A DNA stretch of 64,000 nucleotides, taken from a bacterium. Its GTDB lineage: Bacteria > UBA8248. The stretch is from positions 192,001-256,000 of the forward strand of contig CBDBZY010000018.1 in the NCBI GenBank assembly GCA_965213685.1, given 5' to 3'. The position numbers and the translations under genes are program-made. Of the stretch, positions 1 to 14,276 are shown one piece after another; position 1 is the first letter of the stretch, and every line of letters begins with the position of its first letter. The notes beneath the pieces were generated by a model. The model was given only the letters and a program-made list of their open reading frames with translations. It was not told the origin of the DNA and ran no database searches.

Positions 1-2891
1 AATGTGGGGCTGGTTATTTGTTTTATCAGGGACCTCTGAAGGGGTTGTGCCACGCTGTATGGAGGAAAAGTAGCATACAGAAGAGGTTTTGTAGAGCTCT
101 GCATGTGAAATTCACTGTCATAAAAGTACATGATAAACCAACACACACACACAAGGATGCATAGTGATAGTTCACTTACAGGAACAAATTTGATGATAAA
201 TGGAATGTCTCCATCAGCCTTTTTGGTCCTACTAGGCAAAAGGAGAATGCCCAAGCAACGAAGTGCAAGCATTGCACATGTGTCTGTAGAGTGAATAATA
301 TATGCAAAGATATGGAGCAATGAATGCAGAAAATATGCAATATAAACTAAATGACCTGCATCACAATCCTCTGAGAAATTAGTGAGGACAAGCTGAATAG
401 CAGAAGAATTTGCCTGGGTCTCTCTGCAATATTTCAGAACTGCTCCGGCCCATTTCATGAACTCCTCATCAAAATAGTTTCGCACATCTGACTGATCACA
501 GACAAACCCAAACTCCTGTGAAGCCTGAAAACAACATAAGCATGTGAACAGGTGAATACATTATGTTAAGAAGACTGTGTTTGTATTCTGCAGCAGATCA
601 ATCTCCCTTCCAAAGAAACATACATGCTATTTACGTTTACACTGACATAGATTCCTTTCTTCAAAAGGGGATACTCTGAGACAATTTCCTGCACTGTTCG
701 CTCAGCACTGACATCCAATATCCACTCCCTGCGGTTTGGGTACGTTCGTTCCATTAATTCCTTCAGAACTTCTGTCCTTGGTTTAGTTTTGGCCATTTCA
801 TCTTTCAGTAACTGTTTGTGTGTAAATACTTAACATCAGTAACAGAGTAAAGAGAAAGTTATGTAGTAATTGGTCATGTCAAGGTAAGCTGGCTCTGTCT
901 CATGGCAGCAATGTTGGGGAATCATTTTTATGCGCATATATCATACGTCACGAAGTGCAATCTAAAAGTATATAGACGAAGTATGCACAATTGTGTATGC
1001 ATGTATGCCATATAATTACCTGCACATTTCTTTTAACTGACTCTTCATCATCTGCACATTTGGGAACTGATGGATAAGGGTGCATATCCTTGCAGACAAC
1101 CTTCTGTCGTTTTGACTTTGGTGACTCATCCTGTGGTCCTGTCTTCCTATTGACATTATGGCACCGGTTGTACAAGAACCACTTCCAAGAGTGCTGGAAA
1201 AAAGAGAACCATGTTGTCAATTCTAAAAGAATTTTATGCATCTATCACTTGTCATGCACATAGAAGTAATGCATGCAATTCCTATTGAATAACTAATAAG
1301 TTGTAATTAACCTGTCCACTTCCTTCACTGTCATTCAGGAATGCATACTTGGCCACAAGAGACTTTGCCACAATGTTGCAGTCAGAAAGGCCTGGTCATT
1401 GCACATGTGTCATCAGCATTGTAGCTAATGTCTGCACAACATACCGTCGGTCACCATCAGTCAAAACCTTTTCTTTGAAGTTTTCTTCAGTTTTAATGCG
1501 AAATTTAGGAATGGGGAAAGGATCAGGTACAGACTCCTCCTGAAGTTGCAAAGTAGGATGTCATGTACCATGCTGCATGAACTCATACGAGAGGAAATAA
1601 TAAAAATAACCTTTGCTTTTAGAATCCTTCTAGATTGGCAAGAGATAGATGACTTGGGGGTGACAGATGAATTGCGGGATGTTGAGAGAACTTCTGTGTC
1701 TCCCATTTCTGAAGGAACTGTACTGTTCTGTTGGATTTGTGTATATATAGTGGGTAATGAATCAGATGCAGATTAGTTTTATACCTTTAAACAAATACTC
1801 TCACTCTCCATGGAATTGGGGCTCAGGGGACTGCTGAGCTGTAGGTGTGTGGGTGTTACTTCTCTTGGTTTTGGCTGAAACAGTGTGAAGAGTAAAAAAT
1901 GCAGATAACAGAACTTACAAAAGTAAAACCACATGCTCAAAAGGTGTGTACAAGTACCCATCTGTAATCTGTGCATCCTTGCACTGGCAGGCAGAGTCAG
2001 GGAGACATCACCCCTACAGTATCTTTAACACCATCAAACCTATCCCTAACACCATAAAATTTTAGCACCCACTGGAGCCCCAAGTAGATCATAACACCTG
2101 ACAAAAACTTGACCAGTGGGGCTTAGTGATTGGCTGAGTTTTAAAAAAATTCAATCATTATTCTACCATGGCATGTGTGCATAAAAAATATTACATGCAG
2201 ATACTCAGGAAAGTGTGGAATAGAAAATAACTATGAATGAAAGAGATTGAAGCATCTGAAAACCACTTGGCTTGCTTGGTCAGCAAATGGTACATACTGT
2301 GAATCTATTACCACATCTGTTTTCCAATCAAGTAAACTTCCAAGCTATTGAAGGCTCTAGTGGCATCATACATATATATTCACCAATAAAGTGCATAGTC
2401 TCCTGCTGTGAAACCAGTACAACCTTGGACTTGACCCCATCAAACTCTAACACCTACTGCAACCCCCATGGCAGATCATGACACCTGACAACAAGTTTGG
2501 CCTCTATGGCTTAGTGGTTACCAGAGAGAGTTCTCAAGCAATACATTGAAGTCTAGCATACAAACATTACCTGGAACTCTTCATACAAACACTTCAGAGC
2601 ATTGTATACTTTCAGGCGCTGCCCCAGCTTGGGTAGCACATCCTTTAGACAGTCTGGTCCAGGTGAAGTTGTGAAGACCGCTGCTATAGCTTCACCGTCC
2701 ATCTCTTGTTCTGAACAAAAGAAACAGAGGTAGTTGTCCAAGCACCCGGACAAGTAGGTTGTACCTATACTTTATGCACTAACAATAACCCAAGCCCGCT
2801 CACCTTTGAATGCATCAACGACGCTTTCCGAAAACCCTTTCTCCTCCAGCCAGTTCGTAACGTCCTCCACACTCTTTAATACGTCTTCCAT
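1..2891 (-). pseudogene. Multi-exon SAM-domain / SAMD3-like accessory gene of the CACTA element (premature stop; runs off window start)
   Basis: ATG at 2891. Exon 2891-2804 (MEDVLKSVEDVTNWLEEKGFSESVVDAFK) spliced to 2710-2571 (EQEMDGEA...LPKLGQRLKVYNAL) gives a SAM-like domain. Later exons carry AKSLVAKYAFLND, HSWKWFLYNRCHNVNRK and LMERTYPNRREWI...EIVSEYPLLK, resembling SAMD3-like proteins. In-frame TGA at 1396-1398. Confidence 0.65.
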
Positions 2892-3148
2892 AGTTAATCA
2901 CACTTGGGCGCCCAGGCGAATCGGTTGACGATCCGTGCTACAGTGATGATCACTGGTCGAGTACGAGGAAGACGGCGTAGAAGGAGCGATCCAAAGCGGC
3001 AGATACACGCAACCCGCCAAATTTAGGAGCGAAAATGGACTTTATAGCGTACTTATGACACGCCGCGCGCTCGCGCCGCGCCACAGGCTAAATAACGTCA
3101 GCGTTTATTAAAACGCCCGAGTCAAGCACAACGCAGAGATTGAGAGCT

Positions 3149-6100
3149 ATGGCTAGCATGATCGCGAGTTCTGCTGCTGTGTGCAACCGATGTAGCTTTT
3201 GCTGTACCTCTATGGCGATACTAGTGAAGCACATTTTTCAATCTCATTCTGCTGATCCCCTATTTACGTTTCCCTGCCCTTTTGCAAATTGTCCTTACGT
3301 CTTCAAACCTGGATCGACGTACTTTTCCTTTCAGTCGCATGCGCAAAGAAAGCACCCTAACTGGAATGAAGAGTTGTCGTCTTTGCCTGCTACTACGAGC
3401 CAAGAACCTGAGAGTGCAGCAAGTTCGGTGCAACTGTAGTCCACTGATGAACGTTACCAATTGGATGAGCACGTAGCGAGTACGCAGGAAGAAGTATCAA
3501 CACTACCGCAGATCCAAGTGTCAACAGGTCCGTCTACAGTTAGTCGATCAGCCGCACAGTTCTTGCTAACCCTCAAGGAGAAATATCGCTTGACACAGGC
3601 TGCAGTTGACTTTGGCGTGGGCTCGGTCAACCAAATCGTGTCTCACGTATGCGATGAGCTTCATCGCTCCGTAGGGGAAATACTACAAGAGAGTCATAAT
3701 GTTATTCCTGCAGCACTGGATGAAGCATTTACCCCAATTCAGCCTTTTGAAGGATTGACCACTGAGTATCAGCAGTCCAAGTATTATCGAGAGCACTTTG
3801 GGTTGGTGGTAAGTGTTCATGTCCATTAAAGCACTACAGCGAGTTTAAATGCATCTATTAATATAATTGCTACATCCTGATAGGAGCCTGTGACTGTTGA
3901 GCTGGGATTATCATACAGTTACCAGAGAAAAGGAACAAAAACTCGCCTTGTTGAAAAAAGAGATACATTTCAGTATGTTCCCTTAATTGAGAACTTGCAT
4001 TCTCTCCTGGAAAACAAGGAAATATTTGACGAGATACAACTAAGAACTAGCAGTAGTTATAATGACACGTTTTACTAGTGCTCTACTGCAAAATTAGTCT
4101 ATAGATTTTTCTAACCATAATCTTTTTCCTGTAGGTAATGAAGACACACAGCCGAAGTGATAACAATCTGGAAGATTTCTGTGATGGTGCACTCTTTAAA
4201 TCTCATGAATTGTCCTCATCCAACCCACTAGCATTGCAAATTATTATGTATCATGATGATGTAGAAGTTAGCAATCCAATTGGCTCTTATCGTGGTGTTC
4301 ACAAACTCGGTAAGTCAGCATTTTATTATTGTATTATTGAGACTAAAGAAGGCATCTAGTCAGTTCATGCATTGCATGGCACAATTATTTCACTCTGGTG
4401 CAGTTGCTGGGCAACCATGGAAATCCTACACTTGTATTAGGTTACAAATTATGGTTTGTCAGGTATGCATAATTATTATCATTTTGCGCTCTCTTCTACT
4501 ACATGCTGGGCAACTTACATCCTAAGCTTAGGTCAACACTAAGATCCATACAGATGATTGCAGCTGTCACATCTCCTAACCTCCAACTTTATGGCTATGA
4601 GAAGGTGTTGGAACCTTTCATCAAAGATGCAAACAAGTTGACAGAGGTAAAAGGGAAGTATATGTTCAGTAATATTTATGTTGACCTTTGTTTCAAGGAT
4701 GTACAATATTATCTTATTTACTAGGGAGTACAACTAAATATTAGGGGCCAAGATATGCTTCTGCAAGGATCAGTTTTCGTGACGTTAGCTGATACACTAG
4801 CTGCACATGCCATTGGAGGGTTTAAGAGTGGTGTTGGCTTTGCATTACGAAAATGCAGGGACTGTATGGCAACAGCTGAGACTATGGCTTCAAAGGTACT
4901 ATGCTAGTGATGGCTTATATTGTGACAGTTGCCTCTACCCTTCATGCACTTGTATGTCATGATCTGAACGACACGCTTTCCTAAACCCACTCTACATTCC
5001 CATGTTCTTCACACTTACCTTTCCCTCCCTGTTTCCTTCTACTGATCAGTTTAAAGAGCAGGACTTCACCCTAAGGACTCCAGAAAGCTATGACTATCAT
5101 TGTTCACTTCTCTCTGGGCCTCTAGCTATGGCTGATTCTACGACTTATGGTGTCAATTATCAAAGGCCACTGAATAAACTAAGCTATTTCCATGTCGCAA
5201 ATAACCAGTTACCCCAAGATGTCATGCATGTCATGCTGGAGGGAGTTATTCCATATGAAATGAAACATATGTTGAAAGCATTCATCACAGAGAAACGTTA
5301 TTTCACTCTCGATCTTTTGAATGAAAGGATACACTGCTTTCCTTACACACAAGAAGAGTTTGCCAATAAGCCATCAGCCATCCCTCCTGTAGTATTGTCT
5401 TCAGCTCAAACATCATTTCATCAGTCTGGTAGGTAACTTTGATAAAATAATGGCAGTCACTGCATTAACTAAAATGCATGGCCATCTTAAGAGTCTTTGC
5501 ACATATTTACCTATATACAGCTGCTCAGACGTGGACATTGTCAATCTATTTACCATTAATTATTGGAGACAAAGTTCCACAAGATGAGCCATTGTGGGAA
5601 TGCTTCTTGCTTTTGCTAGACATACTGCAGATTGTCATGGCTCGTGTTGTTTCTCCCGATTTATCTCAATATTTAGCAGCTCTCATAGATGATCATCACA
5701 AAATGTTTCAACGTTGCTATCCTTCAGCTACTATTATACCCAAAATGCATTACATGGTACATCTTCCATCCCAAATTCTCAAGTAAGTGTATTAACTTTT
5801 AGACACAAGCACCATTCTGTTTAACACATGATCATATTTGCAGGCTTGGTCCACTGGTAACATCATGGTGTATGCGAATGGAGGCCAAAAACTCTTATTT
5901 CAAAAGAGTAGCCCAGATCAGCAACTTCAAAAATATTGCATACAGTGTAGCAAAACGCCATCAGCGGCTCATGTGTGCATACTTACAGAGTGATGACTTC
6001 TTCTCCACACGTACAGAATATGGTCCATGTGAGTATAGTAATTTGATAACATGAAGGGTTTCCTTCACCATTTCTTTGTATTTCCTAGCCACAGATCCAT

Positions 6101-6582
6101 CTCCTCTTTCATTAGAGGCACATAAACACCATCTGAAGGAAGGTTTACCAGAAGTAGCTGATACCTGTCCTGTGTACAGGTATGATTGTTTTGTTTGTTG
6201 ACAGTGTTAGGTGCACATGATTCATAGGTATCACTTCATACATATGCACACATGTATTAGACCTAAGTGGGCAAAATCTCAAGGCAAAGTCTATAGGTCA
6301 GCCCAATTTGTGCTGATTGGATGGCAACAGGATGATGACCTACCTCTGTTTGGCAAGATCACTGACTTACTTCGTATACAAGATGTGCCTATCCTGATTG
6401 TTACTCAGCATGAAACATTGGGGATTGATCGCCATTATCACAGCTACCTGCTAAAATTAACACATTTGAAGCGTGTTGTACCAGTCAATGATTTAGATCA
6501 GTCGCATCCTCCTGTCAATGGCCAACTTTTATACTCTGGATTGTATGTGTCTTTGCACTCATTTGTTTTGAACACAACCTAA
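3149..6582 (+). pseudogene. Intron-containing CACTA/EnSpm-type DDE transposase with N-terminal C2H2 fingers, degenerate
   Basis: Spliced exons show CNRC..H..H and CPFANC..H..H fingers plus YHDD, KLG, LADTLAAHAIGGF, CRDC, QDVMHVMLEG, PKMHYMVH and GPL..WCMRMEAK motifs. In-frame TAG at 3437-3439. Donor near 4034 reads AT instead of GT, and the acceptor near 4488 lacks AG. Confidence 0.85.
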
Positions 6583-7665
6583 CTTTTGTATTATTGATCA
6601 TTTCAGTGCACCTTCATAAACCATACTTGTGGATAATGATGTAAACTACCGCATTATGAGATGCAAACGCAATGTGCTTAGAAATTGTGCAATTCAGAGT
6701 AACTGTAGTACTCAGCAACATAATACATGTGACCTATGTGCTGAGCTATGCAAATGCAATCAGCTTGGTTTGCAGGGGGTATGCAAACAGGTTACATTCC
6801 AAACATCTGTAGCTGCAGAAATAGAAAGATAGTTTGGGGATAAAGCACAAAGCACCTCGACATGTTTACAAAAGCTGTGTTAAACTATTGTGATAATTTG
6901 CAAGGACAACAATTTCTATTTAATTCTACTTATCACACTTAACTATAGCACATCTGTGCATTGCATTTATAAATGTTTGCAATATTAACAATAATGCATA
7001 CACCTTACAAAAGTAATTGTCAATGAAGCAGTCACATGGTATAGTAACAAAGAGTGTTGACAGTAACACAGCGACTGCCCTTTCAAAAAATGAACTACGT
7101 TAGTATATCACAGGCATTAGCTGTGTTGAGGTGTCCATTGTTGTTGTGATTACAACATCCTTACGATGACACAAACATATGACATATAACAAAACCACAT
7201 TTGCCTTAGCTAATATCTACGTTAATACAACAAACAAAGTTTGAGTTGTTATAATACAAGTTGCGCATTGTCATTCCAACAATTAGAACTATGTCAAAAC
7301 CCAGTGGAGGTTCATGCATACAGCAAATATTTCTTAAATCAACTCAATATCTTTCATTTTAACAGATTGGCACGTTATTTGTACATACACTTGTGATATT
7401 AACATCCAATTCCATGCTTACCAAATACTTTTGTGATAGAAACAATGAATTGGCAATTTACCAACTAATTGTTTTATTGAAGTACCATTTGCTGTTCCAA
7501 GAATTTGTGTGAACAAACGTTTAGTTATTTTTACCTAGTAAGAGCTATGATGAAATATATTTTGCCACTTTGACTATTGTCTCATCACTATTACGAATGG
7601 ATATCATATCAACAGTCTGTTTAGGTGACAAATTTTGTTAAGGTGACTAAGATGTTTTTGCAGTG

Positions 7666-9191
7666 CAGCACTTTAATAAGTGTATCCACTGCCACTCTTT
7701 CACCTTCACTGGTGATCTCTGATTGCAGGGATTGAAGGAAACTGGATGTGATCAGGGCCTGGTTTCGGAGTCTTATCATCTCTTCTGATTGAACGTCACC
7801 TTCTGGAGCATCCATGGTTTCCAGGCTTGTCTCAAATACATTTGTCATCCAGTCAAGTAGAGCCATGGGGTCAACAAATATCACTTCCTTCTGTACTGTG
7901 GGGAAGTAGAACATCAGGTTGACGGCATGAAAAAAGTGCAGGGCTACCTCCATGGCTTCCTCGGATTCGAACATGAGCTGCTGAGCAATGGCCCAACATA
8001 TTTCTCTGCTCACAATTCTGCCTGCTCTCCGCAGTTCCACCTCCAGCAGGTAGTAGCCCAGGGGGTACTTGAGTCGTATGCTCTGCCCACAGCTTTCAAT
8101 CATCTGCAGGAGCTCTTCTGCCATTGGGTCTCTTGGGACTTCTGGACCAGATCCAGCATTGTTAACAGCATGGATGATCTCATTGGGGGAATACTTAATT
8201 AGATATTTCTTGAATCTTTCCAGCATTGTTGCCAGCTTACGATTCTTGTCTTCAAGCGATTCACCTGATGGAAGCATTTTATCCTTGAATGTGCCGATCA
8301 CCATACTTTTTGGGTGCTTTGGCTGCTTCTCAATAAAGGACATTGGTAGCTGCGAATGCTGACACTGTGTCACTTGCATGCACCGCATTACTAGCTCTGC
8401 ATTTGTCAGAGTGAAGTGGCCAAGACTGTAGTTGGCTCCATTTGGTGCAAAATAGTCCACAGCTGGACGATTATCTAGCTTATCAGAAAGCTTGAACAAT
8501 TGTAGTCGAAGAAATGCATTCTTCATCAGAATAGGGATCATCTCCATGAATTGTGGTTGGCCACCGCAGTCCACAAACAGGAGGAAGTGAGTCTTGAGTA
8601 CCTCTCTGGACCCCTTCATCTTTGTCATCTTTTGGGCAATCTCAGCTGTGCGTGGGAGAATCTCAGCTCTGGAAACTGCAGAGGGTGTGGCCTCCATTGG
8701 AAATGGTGCAGACACACTTGCACTTTGACCACTGCTTGCTGCTTTCTTTTCTCTTCCCTTCATTGGTGGCTGCTGAACTCCTGCTTTGGAAGCTGCTTCT
8801 CTTTCCACCTTAGGTGGCTGTTGAGGCTCAGCCTGTGGCTTGTCACCACTAGACTCTGGCTGGCCAGTGTGCTGACTGGTTATTTGTGTTTCTGGCTTCT
8901 CATCTGTGATGGAGACACCAGCTGAAAGGTTCTCGGCTATCATGTCGATCATATCTGAGGGACTTATCAGCCGACACCTCCGACCTTGCCCATTCTTGAT
9001 TTCTATGATGAACCTCTTAGCCTGTTCCATGCAGGCTGTGCTGGTACGAGCAGGTGGTAGGGTCTCGTTGCATAGGAAATGCCCCAGAGATGTCTTCCCC
9101 ACACCAGGAGCACCGCTAACAGCGCATATGGTGTAGTCTGCCAAAACGTGGCCCTTTTGTAGTTGTCGCAGCAACTCCTGAGTGAATATGC
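7666..9191 (-). pseudogene. Roc-COR exon of ROCO copy A, truncated by the CACTA insertion
   Basis: ORF 7621-9174 has G1 GAPGVGKT, G2 RTST, G3 DCGGQPQF, G4-like GTFKD and COR helices (ALHFFHAVNLMFYFP...IFVDP). It diverges from copy B after IKVL, reading into the TIR (HCKNILV..stop). Splice acceptor at 9192-9194. Confidence 0.88.
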
Positions 9192-9260
9192 CTGTTCACG
9201 TAAAAGCAAGTAGCAATAGTAACAGTAAGGGCAATCAAAAGCCAGTATGACTGCTATATA

Positions 9261-9776
9261 CAGTAGGCGTCATTAAACAGTTTCCGTACCGTTTGCGTTT
9301 CGTTTTCGTTGAACGGTAAACGGACGCAAAACGGACGGAGAACAAACGCTAACCGCACGGAGAACGGACGCCAAACGGACGGTGAACGGACGGAAAACGC
9401 AAACTAATAAACGGAAACTAGACAGTCCATGAAATTTTGAACACCGAAGAGCAACGCGTGCGCGCGCGCGAAACCGCTGAACCCACGAACGACTGTCGAC
9501 CGTCGGAGTGACAGAAGAGCATCGCTCGTTAGTGTAATAGTCGAAAAACCGTTGACAGCACCTGGCAGAGTACGTACCTTGCACCCGCACTCGTAGAGTA
9601 CCGGAATTACGATAACCTATTAGACAAACGGTAAACGGGCAGTACATTGAACGGAAACCCCACGCAAACCCTACGCAAACCCAACGCAAGCCGCACGGTT
9701 GCCCAACGCAAACCCCACGCAAATAGAACGCAAACGGAACGCAAACGGTACGGAAACTTTTTTATGACGCCTACTG
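9261..9776. mobile_element. Tc1/mariner/pogo-type MITE
   Basis: TIRs CAGTAGGCGTCAT..AGTTTCCGTACCGTTTGCGTT at both ends, flanked by TA. Absent from the paralogous site at about 59290. Confidence 0.9.
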
Positions 9777-10148
9777 TAAGTATATAAGTAGATGCGGCAC
9801 TGCCTGCACTTTACATTCGCACTATAATCTCTTTTTGTGGGGTTATTAAATGTCCTAGTATTGTGTTTACAGCGCAGTAGTGTGATTGTCCGCCGTTCCT
9901 GCATAGCGCTTCGCACGGTCGTATAACAGCGTTCGGACTCGCGGCCTTCCGCAGGCTGGGCGTGGCTTACTTTGGCCTCTGCCTTTGCAGCTGCGTCTTT
10001 GGAAACGCTTACGATAAATTTGAGAGCTTCACGTCTCACGACGTGTGCATCACGATATCAGCCCAGCGATATATATATATATATTATACATGTACATGTA
10101 CATAGCGGAATGAGGTTGCACGTGACACACTTGAGCCTCATTTCCGCT

Positions 10149-10452
10149 CATGCAGGCACTAATTCCGGGTATTGACCACACCCGTGAGGGCCAAGGTTCA
10201 CAATTAAGACCACCTTGTAGCTGGAGAAACAGCTGTTCACATGAAGATCGGGTGAGGGTGCCAAGCAACGTGAAGACGGACGATCACGCGCTCGAGCTCA
10301 TGCGCATGCAGGCACTAATTCCGGGTATTGCATATTGACCACACCCGTGAGGGTCAAGGTTCACAATTAAGACCATCCTGTAGCTGGAGAAACAGCTGTT
10401 CACATGAAGATCGGGTGAGGGTGCCAAGCAACGTGAAGACGGACGATCACGC
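10149..10452. repeat. Tandem duplication, unit about 155-160 bp, two copies
   Basis: atgcaggcactaattccgggtattg...gacggacgatcacgc occurs twice; single copy in paralog B. Confidence 0.85.
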
Positions 10453-10734
10453 ACTTCATGAGCGGCCAGAATGATTACTGACGCTGAACTCAGAACGACT
10501 AAGGGTACGACAACGGACTACCTTTATCCGAAACCCTCACAGAGCATGATTGCGTGGGAACTTATTAATAGCACCGCTAGACTCCAAGTTGTGAACAAGC
10601 CTTCATTTGGCTCTATGTGTATGTGGCAGTTAAAGAGTTCCTGTAAGCTATCTGTGTGTGTTTGAATGTTGTGATACTCTGATACGTGTATATGTACATG
10701 TACATGCATATGCTTCGCTGTGCAATTTTCAACC

Positions 10735-10796
<62 letters not shown>

Positions 10797-11394
10797 TCTC
10801 TCTCTGTAATGAGATAAGCCGAGTGGATGAACTGGCTCAACTCATAAGCCTTACAGACTGAGACAAGACAAAGGTACAGATAACCATAACCACACCCACT
10901 GCGTGTAGTCAAGATGGATTGAGGGCCATCTGCAGTGATAGAGCTTCCTTCCTTTCATTGCTGAGTTTGTTTCTCCCTCCCTTGCTCCCTTCTCCCTCTC
11001 CTCCCCCTCTACTCCCTCAGGTATTCCAGAAGCACTCATTCTCCGACCTCTGCCAGCTCAGAGGTGAGTGAGTGGTAGAGCATCCCCCCCACTTTCCTCT
11101 TCATCTGTCCTCCTCCCTTCCTGCCTCCCTCCCTCCCTCTCTCCCTTCCTGCCTCCCTCCCTCCATCCTTCCCTCTCTGACTCAGGCTTCGAAGTCTCTC
11201 TCCCCTATCCCTACCCTTTCCTCTCTCTTTCCCCCACTCCCTCCCTCCCTCCCTCCCTCCCTCCCCACCTTCACCCACACAAACTCGCCACATACATGTA
11301 TGACAATTCCTAAACCATAATATTATGACAAGTCCTAAACCACAAGCCACCTGTACCACTCTCTCCCTAATAAGGCACACCATGCAGCCACCAG

Positions 11395-11747
<353 letters not shown>

Positions 11748-11999
11748 CATGGAGGAAACAGAGGTACGATATGTACTTTTACATAGGCCTCTTCCTACTA
11801 GGCGTGCTAATCTGTCCTCATGCACTGCACCATACAATGAATATTGTTTGCATGGGTGGGCTGATCTATAATGAGTTATAGTGTGCACGGTTATTGTGTT
11901 TGAGAGTTATGAAGATTGTGGTGAAACTGAGTTGTTGACTGAGGTTTGAGCTCTAGCCTTAGGATAGTACCATCAATCCTGCACTCCTCTGCCACCAGA

Positions 12000-12072
12000 C
12001 ACCCAGTGGCTCAGTAGTAAGAGTGTCTGACTAGTATTCAGAAGGTCCTGGGTTCAAATCCCAGCTAGGTCC
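12000..12072 (+). repeat. tRNA-Thr(AGT)-like pseudo-tRNA / SINE head
   Basis: A-box TGGCTCAGTAG, anticodon arm TCTGA-CTAGTAT-TCAGA, T arm CTGGG-TTCAAAT-CCCAG. The acceptor stem has two mismatches. Confidence 0.55.
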
Positions 12073-13944
12073 TGACTCTTTCAGGACTTCTTCAACAACT
12101 CAGTTTGACGTAGACGAATACCTATAATTCCATCATGTCTCTCTCTCAAGCGAGTTCTAAATGGTGAGTCTGGTTCCCAGACCAATGCTCTCCATTCGTG
12201 GACCAAGTTCTCCTCATAGTGCATGCATGTGCACCATGTCTGGAAACAAATGCAAAGTCTGAGAATGAGGCTGCAGAGGGTGATCAGAGTGGGCATTTCG
12301 TGATGGCAAGTCTTCCAGTGTTCTCCACAGAGTCACTCTCTCAATATGTGTGTACATGTATGCTTAATTAGCTAGTCAAGTATTCCAGTTGAGTCCAGTG
12401 TTTCTACACTTCTGTTCTGTTTGCCTGTCTGTCTGTCTCTGTCTCCCCGTCCATCTGTTTGTCTGTTCTGCTGTCCCTATTGGAACTCTCTCTGCCTTTC
12501 ATATTTCTTTTCCTTCTCCCCACAGAACAAGTATAGATGTGCCACTTCATTTTGATGGTGGGTCAGTGGAATCTCCCGACTACAAGTGTGGCTACAAGTA
12601 CACTGCAGGCAAGTATAGCAGCCTTTCATGCAGCCACAGAGAGCAAGTGGTGGCTATCCTCTCAGAGTGAGTGGTTCTGGTGAGATACATGTTCACTGCA
12701 CACCTCAATCACTGATACTTGTCCACTGCAGTGGCTGTTCTCAGCTGCGTTGACGGGTGGGAAGAGGCAGTGAGGAAGGAATTGCTGAAGCTGAGACAAG
12801 AAACATTGCTGACGTCATGACTGCTTTTAAATTCATTGTGAATGTATGCTGTTATGTACATGTACATGTAATTAATTTTCTCCTGCCACTTCCTGCGCAA
12901 CATACCGCGTATAAAGGGCTCACAGTGGCGTTTAACTCCATGAGTACTGATATACATGTACATGTGCCATAGATATCCCATGGATGGGACTTTGAACTCG
13001 TGTGAATAGCAGATCCTTTGGTACGTTTGTTGATACGTAGTTCCACGGACGAAGAGGGAAAGGTCGACATAAAAACGATGGCCGTTTCGAAAAAGATCAA
13101 CGTGTGAAGACGTGCGTTTCCAAGACGTTAGAGACTTACATGTACGCGTACCGCGTACTGGCGCGGGTGAGCTGCATAAGATCTTCCAGCTTGCTGGACA
13201 CAAAGGCAGAAGCAGCATTTCAGGAAGCGAGCAGTGAGTGTCTGCTCTCCGTCTCACGCTGTTGACAGTCTCTCTCACTGACGGACGTTAGACATTAGAC
13301 AGTGTTGGTGTCAGTCTTATACATGTCTACTCACTTGCTCTGCATACGCACATTATGCATACATATTGCTGTACATGTACATGTTACGTTGTCTCTACTA
13401 CTGCTACATGTGCCTTCTTTCATTTTCTTGTTATACCTCATTCCTCTACCTCAAACTTTGTCTATTCTATTCCTATTCCTATCACATATTGAGAGCCGCT
13501 AGTTATATGCACGTCTTGCGTATGCATGCACATTTCTATTCACTCTCCCTCCCTCCCTCCCTCCTCACTATCTCTGTCCTTCTCATTGACAAGGACATTT
13601 TGATATTTTAGTATTACTGCTAGTCAAAAGAATGTTCCAACATACACATATACATGTAAATCCTGTTGGAGAACAATGCTCTCTTGTCAGACTGTACTAA
13701 CTGTTGTTAACTGTGATGTCATCTGTGTGTCTCTTTATAGCATGTATAGTGATGTAATGGTGTAGGCCTATTTAGAACTTTGTGTTGGCTGTGTAGTTCC
13801 AGCCACATGTTCATAAGAGTCAGTGCAATCACTTATTGTCAAAGCCGAGTCAGTCGCAAGTGCTTCTCTTTGCAACATACCCATCCCTTAATTACACCAT
13901 TCACATTTCACTTGGTATATTCCTTCCCCACAACCACATGCGTG

Positions 13945-14070
<126 letters not shown>

Positions 14071-14276
14071 CTCACATACAAGATACAACCCCCTGTGACA
14101 CCTTACCTTTTACCTTCCCCTTCAGCTGATACCAATTCTTCCTCCTCCTTCCCCCACTTCCCCCCTTTGTTCCTCATCCTTACCTTTCTCCCTCTCCTGC
14201 TTACCCACCAAGATAAGATACTATTCCAACTATGTCCCTGCCCCATGCTGTGATGAGCTAGTGAGGTGGTGCCTAC

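Larger units (their letters stand above)
1..7665. mobile_element. CACTA/EnSpm-like (CMC superfamily) DNA transposon inserted in the COR region of ROCO copy A; other end lies outside the window
   Basis: Right terminus ...TTTTTGCAGTG at 7655-7665 (reverse complement CACTGCAAAAA). It abuts exactly where identity to the uninterrupted paralog resumes (cagcactttaataag at 7666 = 53205). Contains a CMC-type transposase gene. Confidence 0.85.

Noticed and set aside
9671-10039. 122-aa ORF shared with 59923-60132
   Set aside because: Sharing is explained by the segmental duplication; each copy runs into a different TE.
12000-12072. Functional tRNA-Thr gene (also 62667-62739 and 36283-36357)
   Set aside because: Mismatched acceptor and D stems; more consistent with tRNA-derived repeats. 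tRNAscan-SE would settle it.
12709-13278. 189-aa ORF as terminal exon of the Kelch gene
   Set aside because: A phase-compatible acceptor exists, but there is no recognisable domain and the paralog shows a 123-bp deletion and several replacements. Not fully excluded as an alternative exon.
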